Translations under genes and position numbers: made by a program
Part shown: positions 37,252 through 46,025 of the stretch, in pieces
Position numbering within the stretch: position 1 is the first letter of the stretch
Layout of the letters: each line of letters opens with the position of its first letter
Sequence record: NZ_CP145666.1
Origin: a plasmid
Direction: 5' to 3' (one strand)
DNA: 64,000 bases
The notes under the pieces: generated by a model
Database searches by the model: none
What the model was told of the DNA's origin: nothing
Seen by the model: the letters and a program-made list of their open reading frames with translations, nothing else

Positions 37252-38883
37252 ATGGCACTCACGATAAAAACAGAAACACTAAAAGCTACCACAAGCCCAA
37301 CATTTGAGGCTTTACGTAATCGTTATAGCCACCGTAGTTCTGACGATGAGATTGCCGTCGATCCGCTATGTTTATCTCGGGATGATCTGAATGAACTTTT
37401 ACAGGCATGTCGTGGTGATGGAGAGTCAAAAAATCGACGAGCTCTTGAATCGATCATCACTGCACTGGAAGGTGATTTCGATAAGCCTGTGAGCAGTTTT
37501 CCGGCATTCGGTCGTGTGTTACTACAGTATCTGAAGTCAAATCGAATTGATGGCTGGATATACCGACGCGGTCATGACGGCAACCTGTACCCCGGTCTTG
37601 TTACAGCAATAAAAGAAGTAAAATCAGAAAAAAACTCTGACCGTCCCCCATCACTATTGTTACAAATCAGCTGGTATGGGTTCGGCGAATATTCGCACTC
37701 CAAAAAGGTTTACGGAACCCAGCTTACCGCCCTGAATTTCGAGCCTAATGAGGTGGCGCGGCGCAGTGTCGCTAAGACACTGGCCGACCGTGATATCTAC
37801 CATGAAACGCATGAGCTGAAACAAGAGTACCTGGAACAACTAACGCGGTTTAAGGAAGTGGTCGACGGGCAATTTGGCAATCAGTTTAAAGCAACCGGCA
37901 GGGCTGTCAGAATGGAATCGTATAGCTACAGCGACCGGAATCTGGAAATAGCAGGGCATAAACTGATACACGATTTGCCTGATAGTGAGTGCGATGCCTA
38001 CGGTGCAGAAGTGGAGTCGCCTCTTTTTGAAGATGACCAGTTTGGCCTTTTACCCGAAATTCCTGTGCAGCGTTATTTTGATCTCTCGCTGCAAGACTTT
38101 ATCTGGATACATGCCAATAACGTAGAACCATACAAGTATGATAAAGAACTGCCAAAAAAGATGGTTTTGCCGGAAGACCACCGTGATTTACTCGATATAC
38201 TGACCACGGATATCAGCGCTTTCACCAGCGATATTGTTGAAGGGAAAAGCGCGGGTAACATCATCATGTGCGTGGGCTCACCCGGACTTGGGAAGACATT
38301 AACTGCTGAAGTGTATGCAGAGGTCATTGAACGGCCCCTGTACTCAATTCATGCTGGCGCACTGGGAACCAACGCCGATGACATTGAGAAAAATCTGCGG
38401 ACGATTCTGACCCGGGCTAAACGCTGGAACTGTGTCCTGCTTCTGGACGAAGCCGATGTGTTTGTCATGCAGCGTGGAGCATCACTGACTCAAAATGCCA
38501 TCGTTGCGGAGTTCCTCCGTACACTGGAGTATTTCGATGGGTTGATGTTCATGACAAGCAACCGGGGTAGTGACATCGATGAGGCTATCATACCAAGATG
38601 CGCTGCAATCATTCACTATGATGTGCCGGAGAAATCAGATGCCCAAAAGATCTGGAAGATTATGGGTGAGAACTTTGGCGTGAACATTCCTGATGAACTG
38701 GTCAGATCACTTGTAAACACTTACCCAGAACTTCCACCACGTGACATCAAGATGTTGCTACGGCTCACGTTGCGAATGAGCGTGAAAGAGCAGGGGAGTG
38801 GTAGCATCCCGACACTGGATATTGTGCGGAAATGCGCGATGTTTCGTGGGATAGAACGAAAGGGAAAAGAAAAAGCCCTGTGA
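37252..38883 (+). CDS. AAA+ ATPase with a ~300-aa N-terminal domain of unknown function
   Basis: Walker A GSPGLGKT; Walker B LLLDEAD; sensor-1 TSN; Arg-finger region. GAGGA RBS. Confidence 0.7.
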   Translation: MALTIKTETLKATTSPTFEALRNRYSHRSSDDEIAVDPLCLSRDDLNELLQACRGDGESKNRRALESIITALEGDFDKPVSSFPAFGRVLLQYLKSNRIDGWIYRRGHDGNLYPGLVTAIKEVKSEKNSDRPPSLLLQISWYGFGEYSHSKKVYGTQLTALNFEPNEVARRSVAKTLADRDIYHETHELKQEYLEQLTRFKEVVDGQFGNQFKATGRAVRMESYSYSDRNLEIAGHKLIHDLPDSECDAYGAEVESPLFEDDQFGLLPEIPVQRYFDLSLQDFIWIHANNVEPYKYDKELPKKMVLPEDHRDLLDILTTDISAFTSDIVEGKSAGNIIMCVGSPGLGKTLTAEVYAEVIERPLYSIHAGALGTNADDIEKNLRTILTRAKRWNCVLLLDEADVFVMQRGASLTQNAIVAEFLRTLEYFDGLMFMTSNRGSDIDEAIIPRCAAIIHYDVPEKSDAQKIWKIMGENFGVNIPDELVRSLVNTYPELPPRDIKMLLRLTLRMSVKEQGSGSIPTLDIVRKCAMFRGIERKGKEKAL

Positions 38884-39011
38884 TAACGATGCCGGGTTCG
38901 CCCGGCATACAACCTGCTGGCCCAGCCCAAAGCAATCCGAGTTCTTCAGCAAAAGCAGCAGCGTGTCGGAAATAACTGTGTTATAACAATTCAGGTGATC
39001 ATGATGAGAAG

Positions 39012-39245
39012 TTGATAACAATGTTTAAGCTAAGTCCCATAAGAAAAAAAACAAACAAGCTGCATAAACTCCTTAATAACGGCTATCGTTTCGTAATCAT
39101 GCATGAAGATGAAATTATTGAACCCTTCCGCTACGAAATAGAAGCCAGACGAAAACTATTCTTTGGCAGAAAACTCCTTTCTATTTCCGACCTCATCGAC
39201 TCAATAAACGATAGTGTAAAAACCCAAGCAAAACGCGCCCCTTAA
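39012..39245 (+). CDS. hypothetical protein (77 aa)
   Basis: ORF with RBS. Confidence 0.4.
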   Translation: MITMFKLSPIRKKTNKLHKLLNNGYRFVIMHEDEIIEPFRYEIEARRKLFFGRKLLSISDLIDSINDSVKTQAKRAP

Positions 39246-39248
39246 CTA

Positions 39249-39259
39249 TTCGTCACCTG
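39249..39259 (+). promoter_or_regulatory. promoter-motif copy (TTCGTCACCTG)
   Basis: Upstream of the gene at 39310. Confidence 0.4.
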
Positions 39260-39309
39260 AATAACTCCAGCTATGATAAACATTATTATCAAGCTTAAAG
39301 GTGATACTT

Positions 39310-39483
39310 ATGAAACCGTTTGGGATTTTCTATTCAGTAGAAGGCTGCACTTGTTCACTGTGCCGCTCGCGTGGCTATCGTAAAAACAATGCATACGATA
39401 GATCTCTTCGTGTAAGCAAACACCGCGCCCGTCAGCAGGCCAAGCGTGAAATCCGCTCCGCCGTATTCAGCATCGACAATTAA
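39310..39483 (+). CDS. small basic Cys-containing protein (57 aa)
   Basis: AAGGTGA RBS; CTCSLC motif. Confidence 0.4.
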   Translation: MKPFGIFYSVEGCTCSLCRSRGYRKNNAYDRSLRVSKHRARQQAKREIRSAVFSIDN

Positions 39484-39524
39484 GAAAGGTTGATGATAAA
39501 TAAGAAGAATAACGAGGATAACAA

Positions 39525-39842
39525 ATGACTGATGAAAACCAAATAAAGGTGCTGTTTTGCATTCTGCGTCGTCGATTCGTGGATTATGTCCCTGAGTTTG
39601 AAAACTGTGTAGAAGAACGGGAAGTCATCAATGAAACGCCGAAGGGTTACCGTATGTCCGTCTCCTACGGCACATCAGTTTACCTGCACGCGGATTATGA
39701 GTTTTTCGAATCACGTCAGGCAGCGTATCAATGGTGCGCCCGCCGTGTGACCGCTAGCATTGAGAAGATGAAACAAAAAATGCAGGCGGCAGAAGCAACA
39801 AAAATAAAACTGATAGAAGCATCCGGGAACTGTGGCGAATAA
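39525..39842 (+). CDS. hypothetical protein (105 aa)
   Basis: GAGGATAAC RBS. Confidence 0.5.
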   Translation: MTDENQIKVLFCILRRRFVDYVPEFENCVEEREVINETPKGYRMSVSYGTSVYLHADYEFFESRQAAYQWCARRVTASIEKMKQKMQAAEATKIKLIEASGNCGE

Positions 39843-39843
39843 G

Positions 39844-40593
39844 ATGACACCACGTCAAATTATCCTCTCACATATTACAGCTGAGAAAGCACTCCCACGA
39901 GGAACGCTGATCTGGTTATTCTACGAGAATGCCGATGATTTAATCAGCCTGAATGAAGTGGGCGATAATCTTGAAAGGTGGCATCAACGAGTTGGGTCGC
40001 CTGAAGAAATTCAGGTGATACTGGATATGCCTGATGACGATTCAGAAGTCTGGCTATTCAGCCCAACAAAATTATTCTCCCCACGGGTAAAAACCCCCGT
40101 TCTGACAGCCAGAGATAGGGCAGTTGCTCGCTATGGCGTTTCTCGCGTTATGACGGCGGAGAAAGTTGTTTTTCTGTATTCAGGGTATCTTCTGCACCTC
40201 TATAGACAGGCATATGGTTTCACCGGCCCTGCGCCTGAAGTTCGGGTCAACTGGAGTGCCAAACATTCATGGGGCGGCAGGAGCTCAATCACTATTTCAC
40301 CATCGTCCATTTATCCTGACAGTGATACACCGCGCTATCGCTACCATGAGTACGCACATATAGAGCAGCGTAAGGACATCGGAGCATTTTATTCAATCAA
40401 TCAACTGGATCATATCAAAGGCGTAGTGGCACATGAGCTTGCGCACTTTTGCCAGCGCCACACTGGAAAAGATAATTTTAAATTTGGTTTTCCGGTACTC
40501 CCTGAAAAAGATTTCAGAACGGCTCATGGTGATGGGTGGCAGTTCTTGTATGCATTTTTCAGAACAGAATTAAATAAAAGAATTCAGCGATAA
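39844..40593 (+). CDS. SprT-like zinc metalloprotease domain protein
   Basis: HExxH motif (VVAHELAHFCQRH) in an SprT-like context. Confidence 0.45.
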   Translation: MTPRQIILSHITAEKALPRGTLIWLFYENADDLISLNEVGDNLERWHQRVGSPEEIQVILDMPDDDSEVWLFSPTKLFSPRVKTPVLTARDRAVARYGVSRVMTAEKVVFLYSGYLLHLYRQAYGFTGPAPEVRVNWSAKHSWGGRSSITISPSSIYPDSDTPRYRYHEYAHIEQRKDIGAFYSINQLDHIKGVVAHELAHFCQRHTGKDNFKFGFPVLPEKDFRTAHGDGWQFLYAFFRTELNKRIQR

Positions 40594-40613
40594 CCCAAAA
40601 AAAGGCATAACCA

Positions 40614-41300
40614 ATGTACCTTCTTTCCATTTTATTATTTACATTTGTTTATCTGTTATCCTTTAATTCTGTTATAGAGGAAAATAGAGACCGCTATTCC
40701 ATACAGACTTTTGCAATAGTGATGATCACGATATTCCTGATATCAATGCCAGTAACAACAACTTTTGTGTCGTTGATGCTTGAAGAAAACCAGAGAGAGC
40801 ATCGTGATTTGATTTCCTTCCTGCAAATCAATTCCGTTTGGTTCGCAGGAGCCGGGGGGCTGGTGGCTATCTTCTTGTCAGCCCTGACAATGGTTCGCCT
40901 GAAGCAAAAACGTATCCGTCACAAAACATCGAACCTTAACCTCATCGTTGTGGGCCTTTTCGCGGGCGTAGTCTCTTTTGCCAGCGCGTATAAGCATCTA
41001 GCTTTCTTCAGTGGGGATGATGCGGGAGTGTTTTTATATGAGGCTATACCAGCCATCGATGACATCGACTGTAACGCGCCAATACTCCTGGTGAAATGGG
41101 AACCTGACTCAAAGAAGCCAACTGCATGGCGATGCCCTACGGGCGTTGCATTCAATATCAATAGTCCTACTCCATTCCTACCTTGGGGTTCATATGAGGA
41201 AGGGGAGAGTTCAAAACTAAATGAAGTGATGACAATTTTGATGAAAAATGCGGTCAAAATCGAAAAACGTCGCCATCTTGATGTCATCATTACGAGCTAA
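40614..41300 (+). CDS. membrane protein (228 aa)
   Basis: Four TM segments; terminator-like hairpin downstream. Confidence 0.5.
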   Translation: MYLLSILLFTFVYLLSFNSVIEENRDRYSIQTFAIVMITIFLISMPVTTTFVSLMLEENQREHRDLISFLQINSVWFAGAGGLVAIFLSALTMVRLKQKRIRHKTSNLNLIVVGLFAGVVSFASAYKHLAFFSGDDAGVFLYEAIPAIDDIDCNAPILLVKWEPDSKKPTAWRCPTGVAFNINSPTPFLPWGSYEEGESSKLNEVMTILMKNAVKIEKRRHLDVIITS

Positions 41301-41374
41301 GGCCTTGTAATCACTGGATTACAGGGCTTTTTTATGTACCCGAAAAAAAAGAGACATTTTGTCCCCAAATACGC

Positions 41375-41385
41375 TTCGTCACCTG
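41375..41385 (+). promoter_or_regulatory. promoter-motif copy (TTCGTCACCTG)
   Basis: Upstream of the gene at 41459. Confidence 0.4.
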
Positions 41386-41458
41386 TTTGGTGTGTGTTTA
41401 ACTGGATTTACAGCAAGCAACGAACCTCGCGACACAATAACTAAAGCGGAGAAACACC

Positions 41459-42634
41459 ATGAACACCGACGTTAAAGCTATCTTCGAACAAAGCCGTACC
41501 CTGGAAAATCTGGAAGGCGCTGCGGTACTGATGCGCAGCTTAGACAAAGCGCCATCATCACTCCGAGCACTGAGCGATTTCGTAACCAAAGCGCGTAAAA
41601 GCGGCAATACGGAACAGTTCGAAGAAGCCGATATCGGGCGTAACAACGTCTTTGCGGTGAGCCCGTACTGGTTGTTTGTGGAAGAGGGACTGAACCTCCG
41701 CGACGTAAATTATGACCGTGCGGTAATGTTCAAACACGCTTATCTGGAACGTCCTCAGTCAGTGCCTGTCATCCGCGTTAAACCAGTAGTAGTGGAAGGC
41801 GTAACCCGCCTGAAAATCATTGATGGCCACCACCGTTTTGCTGGCCTGATGATGGCGATTGCTGAGGGCGCGAGCTTCCAGAAAATCACCGTCGAGGAAT
41901 TTGAAGGCGGCAAGGACGAAGAAGTCTACAACATGATCGAGAGCGCCAACTCCCTTCAGTTGAAGATGGTGGAACGCGCTGAAGGCTTCAAGCGCCTGAT
42001 TGGCTGGGGTCACACCATTGAGTCGATTGCTCAGCGTCTGGGTGTCTCTCTGGTCACCGTTCGCCGCAGTATCGTGCTGGCAAACGCTGACTTCAGCATC
42101 AAGATGCTGGTGAAAGAAGATAAGGTATCTGGTGACGTTGCCGTTGACGTTATTAACGAATGTCAGGGTACTGACCGCGACCCGTATGAAGTCCTGATGG
42201 AATCCCTGAAAAAGGCAGAAGGAGCTGGGAAAACCCGCGTCACTGCCAAATTCGTGAGTTCCAAGAAAAAGACTGGCCTGAAACCGAAAGTTATCCGTAA
42301 AACCTTCGACAGCCTGTTGCCAACCCTGAGCCAGCTGCGCGACCAGATCCCGCCGCAGCCGGAAGGTGAGCATGAAAATCAGATCGAAATTACGGAAACC
42401 GTGCCGGAAGAAGTCGTCTTACGCCTGACTCCTGAAATGGCCCGTACTCTGATGGCTACCCTGGCTGAACTGGAATCAGCAAAACAGGCAGAAGATGCTG
42501 AAGCTAATGGTGACAACGACGGTGATAGTGCTGAAAACAACGGCGGTGCTGACGATGCGACTGATGCCGATACCGATGGCGCTAACCAGCAGAATGGTGA
42601 AACTGAAGAGACTCAGCTGCACCCGGTGTACTAA
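41459..42634 (+). CDS. ParB-like nuclease-domain protein (IbrB-like) with acidic C-terminal tail
   Basis: IIDGHHRFAGL motif of the ParB N-terminal/sulfiredoxin fold; D/E-rich C-terminus. Confidence 0.6.
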   Translation: MNTDVKAIFEQSRTLENLEGAAVLMRSLDKAPSSLRALSDFVTKARKSGNTEQFEEADIGRNNVFAVSPYWLFVEEGLNLRDVNYDRAVMFKHAYLERPQSVPVIRVKPVVVEGVTRLKIIDGHHRFAGLMMAIAEGASFQKITVEEFEGGKDEEVYNMIESANSLQLKMVERAEGFKRLIGWGHTIESIAQRLGVSLVTVRRSIVLANADFSIKMLVKEDKVSGDVAVDVINECQGTDRDPYEVLMESLKKAEGAGKTRVTAKFVSSKKKTGLKPKVIRKTFDSLLPTLSQLRDQIPPQPEGEHENQIEITETVPEEVVLRLTPEMARTLMATLAELESAKQAEDAEANGDNDGDSAENNGGADDATDADTDGANQQNGETEETQLHPVY

Positions 42635-42753
42635 CCTCCCAGCAGGTCTTTAACAGACCTGCATAAAATTCCTTTTCATTCTGATGGGCCGGATAAACCG
42701 GCTCATATTTTTGCACATATAAATGGCCGCATTTTGCTGTCTTAAATTTTTCG

Positions 42754-43329
42754 ATGATAGACAGGAGCGCATTAAAATATCAGGGTTATAGACTTTTTTG
42801 GATAGCAATGGGGGTCGCGTTGAATATTCAGACTAATTATATCGAGCTGCAAAATTGGCTCGAAAAGGCAAAAAGTATTTATTCCTCCGCAGGATGCCCG
42901 CACGAAAGAGTTGATGATGGCATTTTAAAAATTGCAATGCAGGTAGCGGCTATTAGAAAAACAAAACCAGATATGCTGCATGTATTCCTTCAGGAGTTAA
43001 TTACTGAGTTCAAGGGTTATAAACTCATTCAGTGCCGATTCAATAAATCCAATTATGAGCATTTTGTTATGACCCCGGAAATTCAGATTCTGATCGGTGG
43101 TCTTATGGATAAAGCGTCAGAGGGAATAATGCTGGCTTCTATCTGCCACATGCTACAGGTAGATACGTTATCCGAACTTCTAAGCCTAATCCCAACGGGA
43201 ATGCCAGACACCGATGTACTGGATGCGCTATGGCGTGATCAGAAGACGCCCGCAGGACTGAACCTGCTTGATGACTTCGTACTTCTGGATACCGTTGCGC
43301 TGGCTAATAAGCGGGGGATTGCTGCATGA
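42754..43329 (+). CDS. hypothetical protein (191 aa)
   Basis: ORF; weak RBS. Confidence 0.4.
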   Translation: MIDRSALKYQGYRLFWIAMGVALNIQTNYIELQNWLEKAKSIYSSAGCPHERVDDGILKIAMQVAAIRKTKPDMLHVFLQELITEFKGYKLIQCRFNKSNYEHFVMTPEIQILIGGLMDKASEGIMLASICHMLQVDTLSELLSLIPTGMPDTDVLDALWRDQKTPAGLNLLDDFVLLDTVALANKRGIAA

Positions 43330-43694
43330 ATGTATCGGCGTTGATTAGTAGCCTCTATGTGACCGTTATCGCCGGGCAGGAGCTGGAAGCAAAAGCTCTG
43401 GAGCATCACGAACGCCGTACAGCTGGTCGATTTTGCCGAAAAACACTTTCTGTCCACGCGGTGAAGCGCAAGCCCGGGGTGGAATTTCTGGCGCGGCTGA
43501 AAGTCAATTACGCCCGCGCCAACCTGACAAACTGCGACCCCGGTACAGTAGCCGAGCTGAGGCTGGTGGGCCGCTCTGATGAAGCGAATGAGCTCTCTGA
43601 AGCAATTCTAAAGGCAATAGCATCCAGTTACCCGGAGTTGGTATCGGAATGCGCACGACAATTACAAAAACAAAAGCTATTCCAGAACCTCTGA
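43326..43694 (+). CDS. hypothetical protein (122 aa)
   Basis: Overlaps the previous stop by 4 nt. Confidence 0.45.
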   Translation: MNVSALISSLYVTVIAGQELEAKALEHHERRTAGRFCRKTLSVHAVKRKPGVEFLARLKVNYARANLTNCDPGTVAELRLVGRSDEANELSEAILKAIASSYPELVSECARQLQKQKLFQNL

Positions 43695-43702
43695 GGCCAC
43701 TT

Positions 43703-45121
43703 ATGACTATGGCGGACATCTCGTTTACCGAAACAGGTGAGACAAAGCAAACAGCTGAATACAGCTTAAAAACCCCTCCGCAATCGATAGAAGCGGAACA
43801 GTCCGTGCTGGGCGGGTTAATGCTTGAAAACCAGAGATGGGATGATGTGGCAGAAATCGTTAGTGAGCAGGATTTTAGTTCTCGACCGCATCGCTCAATT
43901 TTCTCTGCAATGAGATCGCTCGTTGCGAATCAATTCCCGATTGATTTGATAACCCTCGCTGAGCACATCGAAAACGAGGGAGAAGGTAAGCTGGATAGTC
44001 TCGGCGGTTTCGCCTATCTGGCAGAACTGTCAAAAAATACGCCCAGTGCGGCAAATATAATTGCCTACGCGCAGATCGTCAGGGAACGTGCCGTAATCAG
44101 GGAAATGATAAAAGTTGCCAACGAAATAACCGAGGCCGGTTACAACCCGGAAGGTAGGACAAGTGACGAATTGCTTGATCTTGCAGAAAGCCGGATTTTC
44201 CAGATTGCAGAGCAAAGGGGAAATAAAAGCGGTGGGCCGGAAAATATCAGCAGCATTCTGGACAGAACCGTTACCAAGATTGAAGCCTTGTTCCAGCGTC
44301 CCCATGACGGGGTCACTGGAGTTGATACCGGCTACGTGGACGTGAACAAGAAGACAGCCGGTCTACAGCCCTCGGATTTGATTATTATCGCTGCCAGACC
44401 CTCAATGGGGAAAACTACGTTTGCAATGAACATCTGCGAGAATGTATCGCTGACAAACGATAAGCCCGTCATGATTTTCAGCCTGGAAATGCCTACGGAA
44501 CAGCTCATGATGCGCTCACTGGCATCGCTATCACGCGTCAACCAGACCAGCATCCGAACCGGACAGCTCGATGACGAGGACTGGGCCCGGTTATCCGGCA
44601 CAATGGGACTGCTGCTGGAAAAAAAGAACATTTACATTGATGACAGCTCTGGCCTAACACCTATGGACGTTCGCTCCCGGGCGCGTCGATTGTCCCGCGA
44701 ACACGGTGGGCTTAGCCTCATTATGATCGACTACCTTCAGTTGATGCGTGTACCGTCGTTATCTGACAACAGAACTCTGGAAATTGCTGAAATCTCCCGA
44801 TCTCTGAAAGCACTGGCAAAAGAGCTGAATGTACCGGTAATCGCTTTATCGCAACTAAACCGCTCGCTTGAACAACGTGCCGATAAACGTCCGGTAAACT
44901 CAGATTTGCGAGAGTCAGGCTCCATTGAGCAGGATGCTGACCTGATCATGTTTATTTACCGTGATGAGGTCTATCACGAAAATAGCGATATGAAAGGTAT
45001 AGCCGAAATTATCATAGGTAAACAGCGCAACGGGCCTATAGGGACAGTACGTCTCACATTTAATGGTCAATGGTCTCGATTTGATAATTATGGTGGCCCT
45101 GAGTATCATGATGACGACTGA
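43703..45121 (+). CDS. dnaB: DnaB-family replicative DNA helicase
   Basis: 472 aa; Walker A GKTTFAMN; FSLEM; IMIDYLQLM; SQLNRSLEQR; RESGSIEQDAD. Confidence 0.9.
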   Translation: MTMADISFTETGETKQTAEYSLKTPPQSIEAEQSVLGGLMLENQRWDDVAEIVSEQDFSSRPHRSIFSAMRSLVANQFPIDLITLAEHIENEGEGKLDSLGGFAYLAELSKNTPSAANIIAYAQIVRERAVIREMIKVANEITEAGYNPEGRTSDELLDLAESRIFQIAEQRGNKSGGPENISSILDRTVTKIEALFQRPHDGVTGVDTGYVDVNKKTAGLQPSDLIIIAARPSMGKTTFAMNICENVSLTNDKPVMIFSLEMPTEQLMMRSLASLSRVNQTSIRTGQLDDEDWARLSGTMGLLLEKKNIYIDDSSGLTPMDVRSRARRLSREHGGLSLIMIDYLQLMRVPSLSDNRTLEIAEISRSLKALAKELNVPVIALSQLNRSLEQRADKRPVNSDLRESGSIEQDADLIMFIYRDEVYHENSDMKGIAEIIIGKQRNGPIGTVRLTFNGQWSRFDNYGGPEYHDDD

Positions 45122-45243
45122 CCATAAAAGCTACTGACCTTATCCTGATATTTAATTAAAGGTTTTCGACTGTTTAATTTCGCCAGCTGATTGGCCCGAT
45201 AGATAATGGTTCTACGGACAGCAATCTTTTATATAGGTGTAAA

Positions 45244-45444
45244 ATGAAAACGATACTCTCAGCTTTATTATTCGTTGTTTCATGGAATGCACTGGCACAG
45301 GATGAGGGAAATAGTGGTGATAAAAAGCAACAGGCAACGGCAACTATTCAAATTTCGATTACAATTTTACCCGAACCGGTAAAACCAAAGATCACCAAAG
45401 AACAGGTGAGTGATACGCTAACCGTCATTTCTTATGAATGGTAG
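45244..45444 (+). CDS. small secreted protein (66 aa)
   Basis: Signal peptide MKTILSALLFVVSWNALA. Confidence 0.45.
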   Translation: MKTILSALLFVVSWNALAQDEGNSGDKKQQATATIQISITILPEPVKPKITKEQVSDTLTVISYEW

Positions 45445-45505
45445 CATCCAGACAACCAACGGTTAAGCCTGCTCCAGCAAAGAAAAGTATCTTTCTGAAC
45501 ATCAC

Positions 45506-45550
45506 TTCGTCACCCGAATGCCTCGTGATTTAATAAGTAAACAAACCGGA
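45506..45550 (+). promoter_or_regulatory. conserved promoter/leader motif, full copy
   Basis: TTCGTCACCCG ... TTTAATAAGTAAACAAACCGGA. Confidence 0.5.
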
Positions 45551-45570
45551 CAATATTCACGAGGTGTTTT

Positions 45571-45936
45571 ATGACAAATGAAACTCAGAACAACGCATCC
45601 GCACCTGAAGAGTTAATCACGCGTATATCGCAGGTCATTAAACGCAAGGATGGATCTGAAGTGAAAATTACTGCTCAGGCTGCGTTCGGTGCAGGGTTAA
45701 CTCGCTCTATCGATGTATATGTTCTTCGTCGGGATAATGCTGATTCAAACTGGCAAGGTTGCAGTAATCGACCAAAAGCAGGATGGCGGAATATGTCTGT
45801 AGATGAATATATCCGTGAAGGGCGCTCTGAAATGCTTAAGGCAGTTACGCCGGGAGAAATTCTAAAGCTCACAAATGCCATTGGCAAACCAATGAGTTGT
45901 CTTGATCAATTATTTCCATCCCCGATTACTAAATAA
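45571..45936 (+). CDS. hypothetical protein (121 aa)
   Basis: CACGAGG RBS. Confidence 0.5.
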   Translation: MTNETQNNASAPEELITRISQVIKRKDGSEVKITAQAAFGAGLTRSIDVYVLRRDNADSNWQGCSNRPKAGWRNMSVDEYIREGRSEMLKAVTPGEILKLTNAIGKPMSCLDQLFPSPITK

Positions 45937-45962
45937 ATCATTAAATAATACCGCTGGCCTTA

Positions 45963-46007
45963 TTCGTCAGCTGGTACGCCCGTGTTTAAATAAATATACA
46001 AAACGAA
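45963..46007 (+). promoter_or_regulatory. conserved promoter/leader motif, full copy
   Basis: TTCGTCAGCTG ... TATACAAAACGAA; lies 19 nt before the ATG of the 811-aa gene. Confidence 0.5.
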
Positions 46008-46025
46008 TAAATAAACAGGTGAACC

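Noticed and set aside
41759-42373. Minus-strand 204-aa ORF antisense to the ParB-like gene
   Set aside because: Shadow ORF; the plus-strand frame has clear domain motifs and an RBS.
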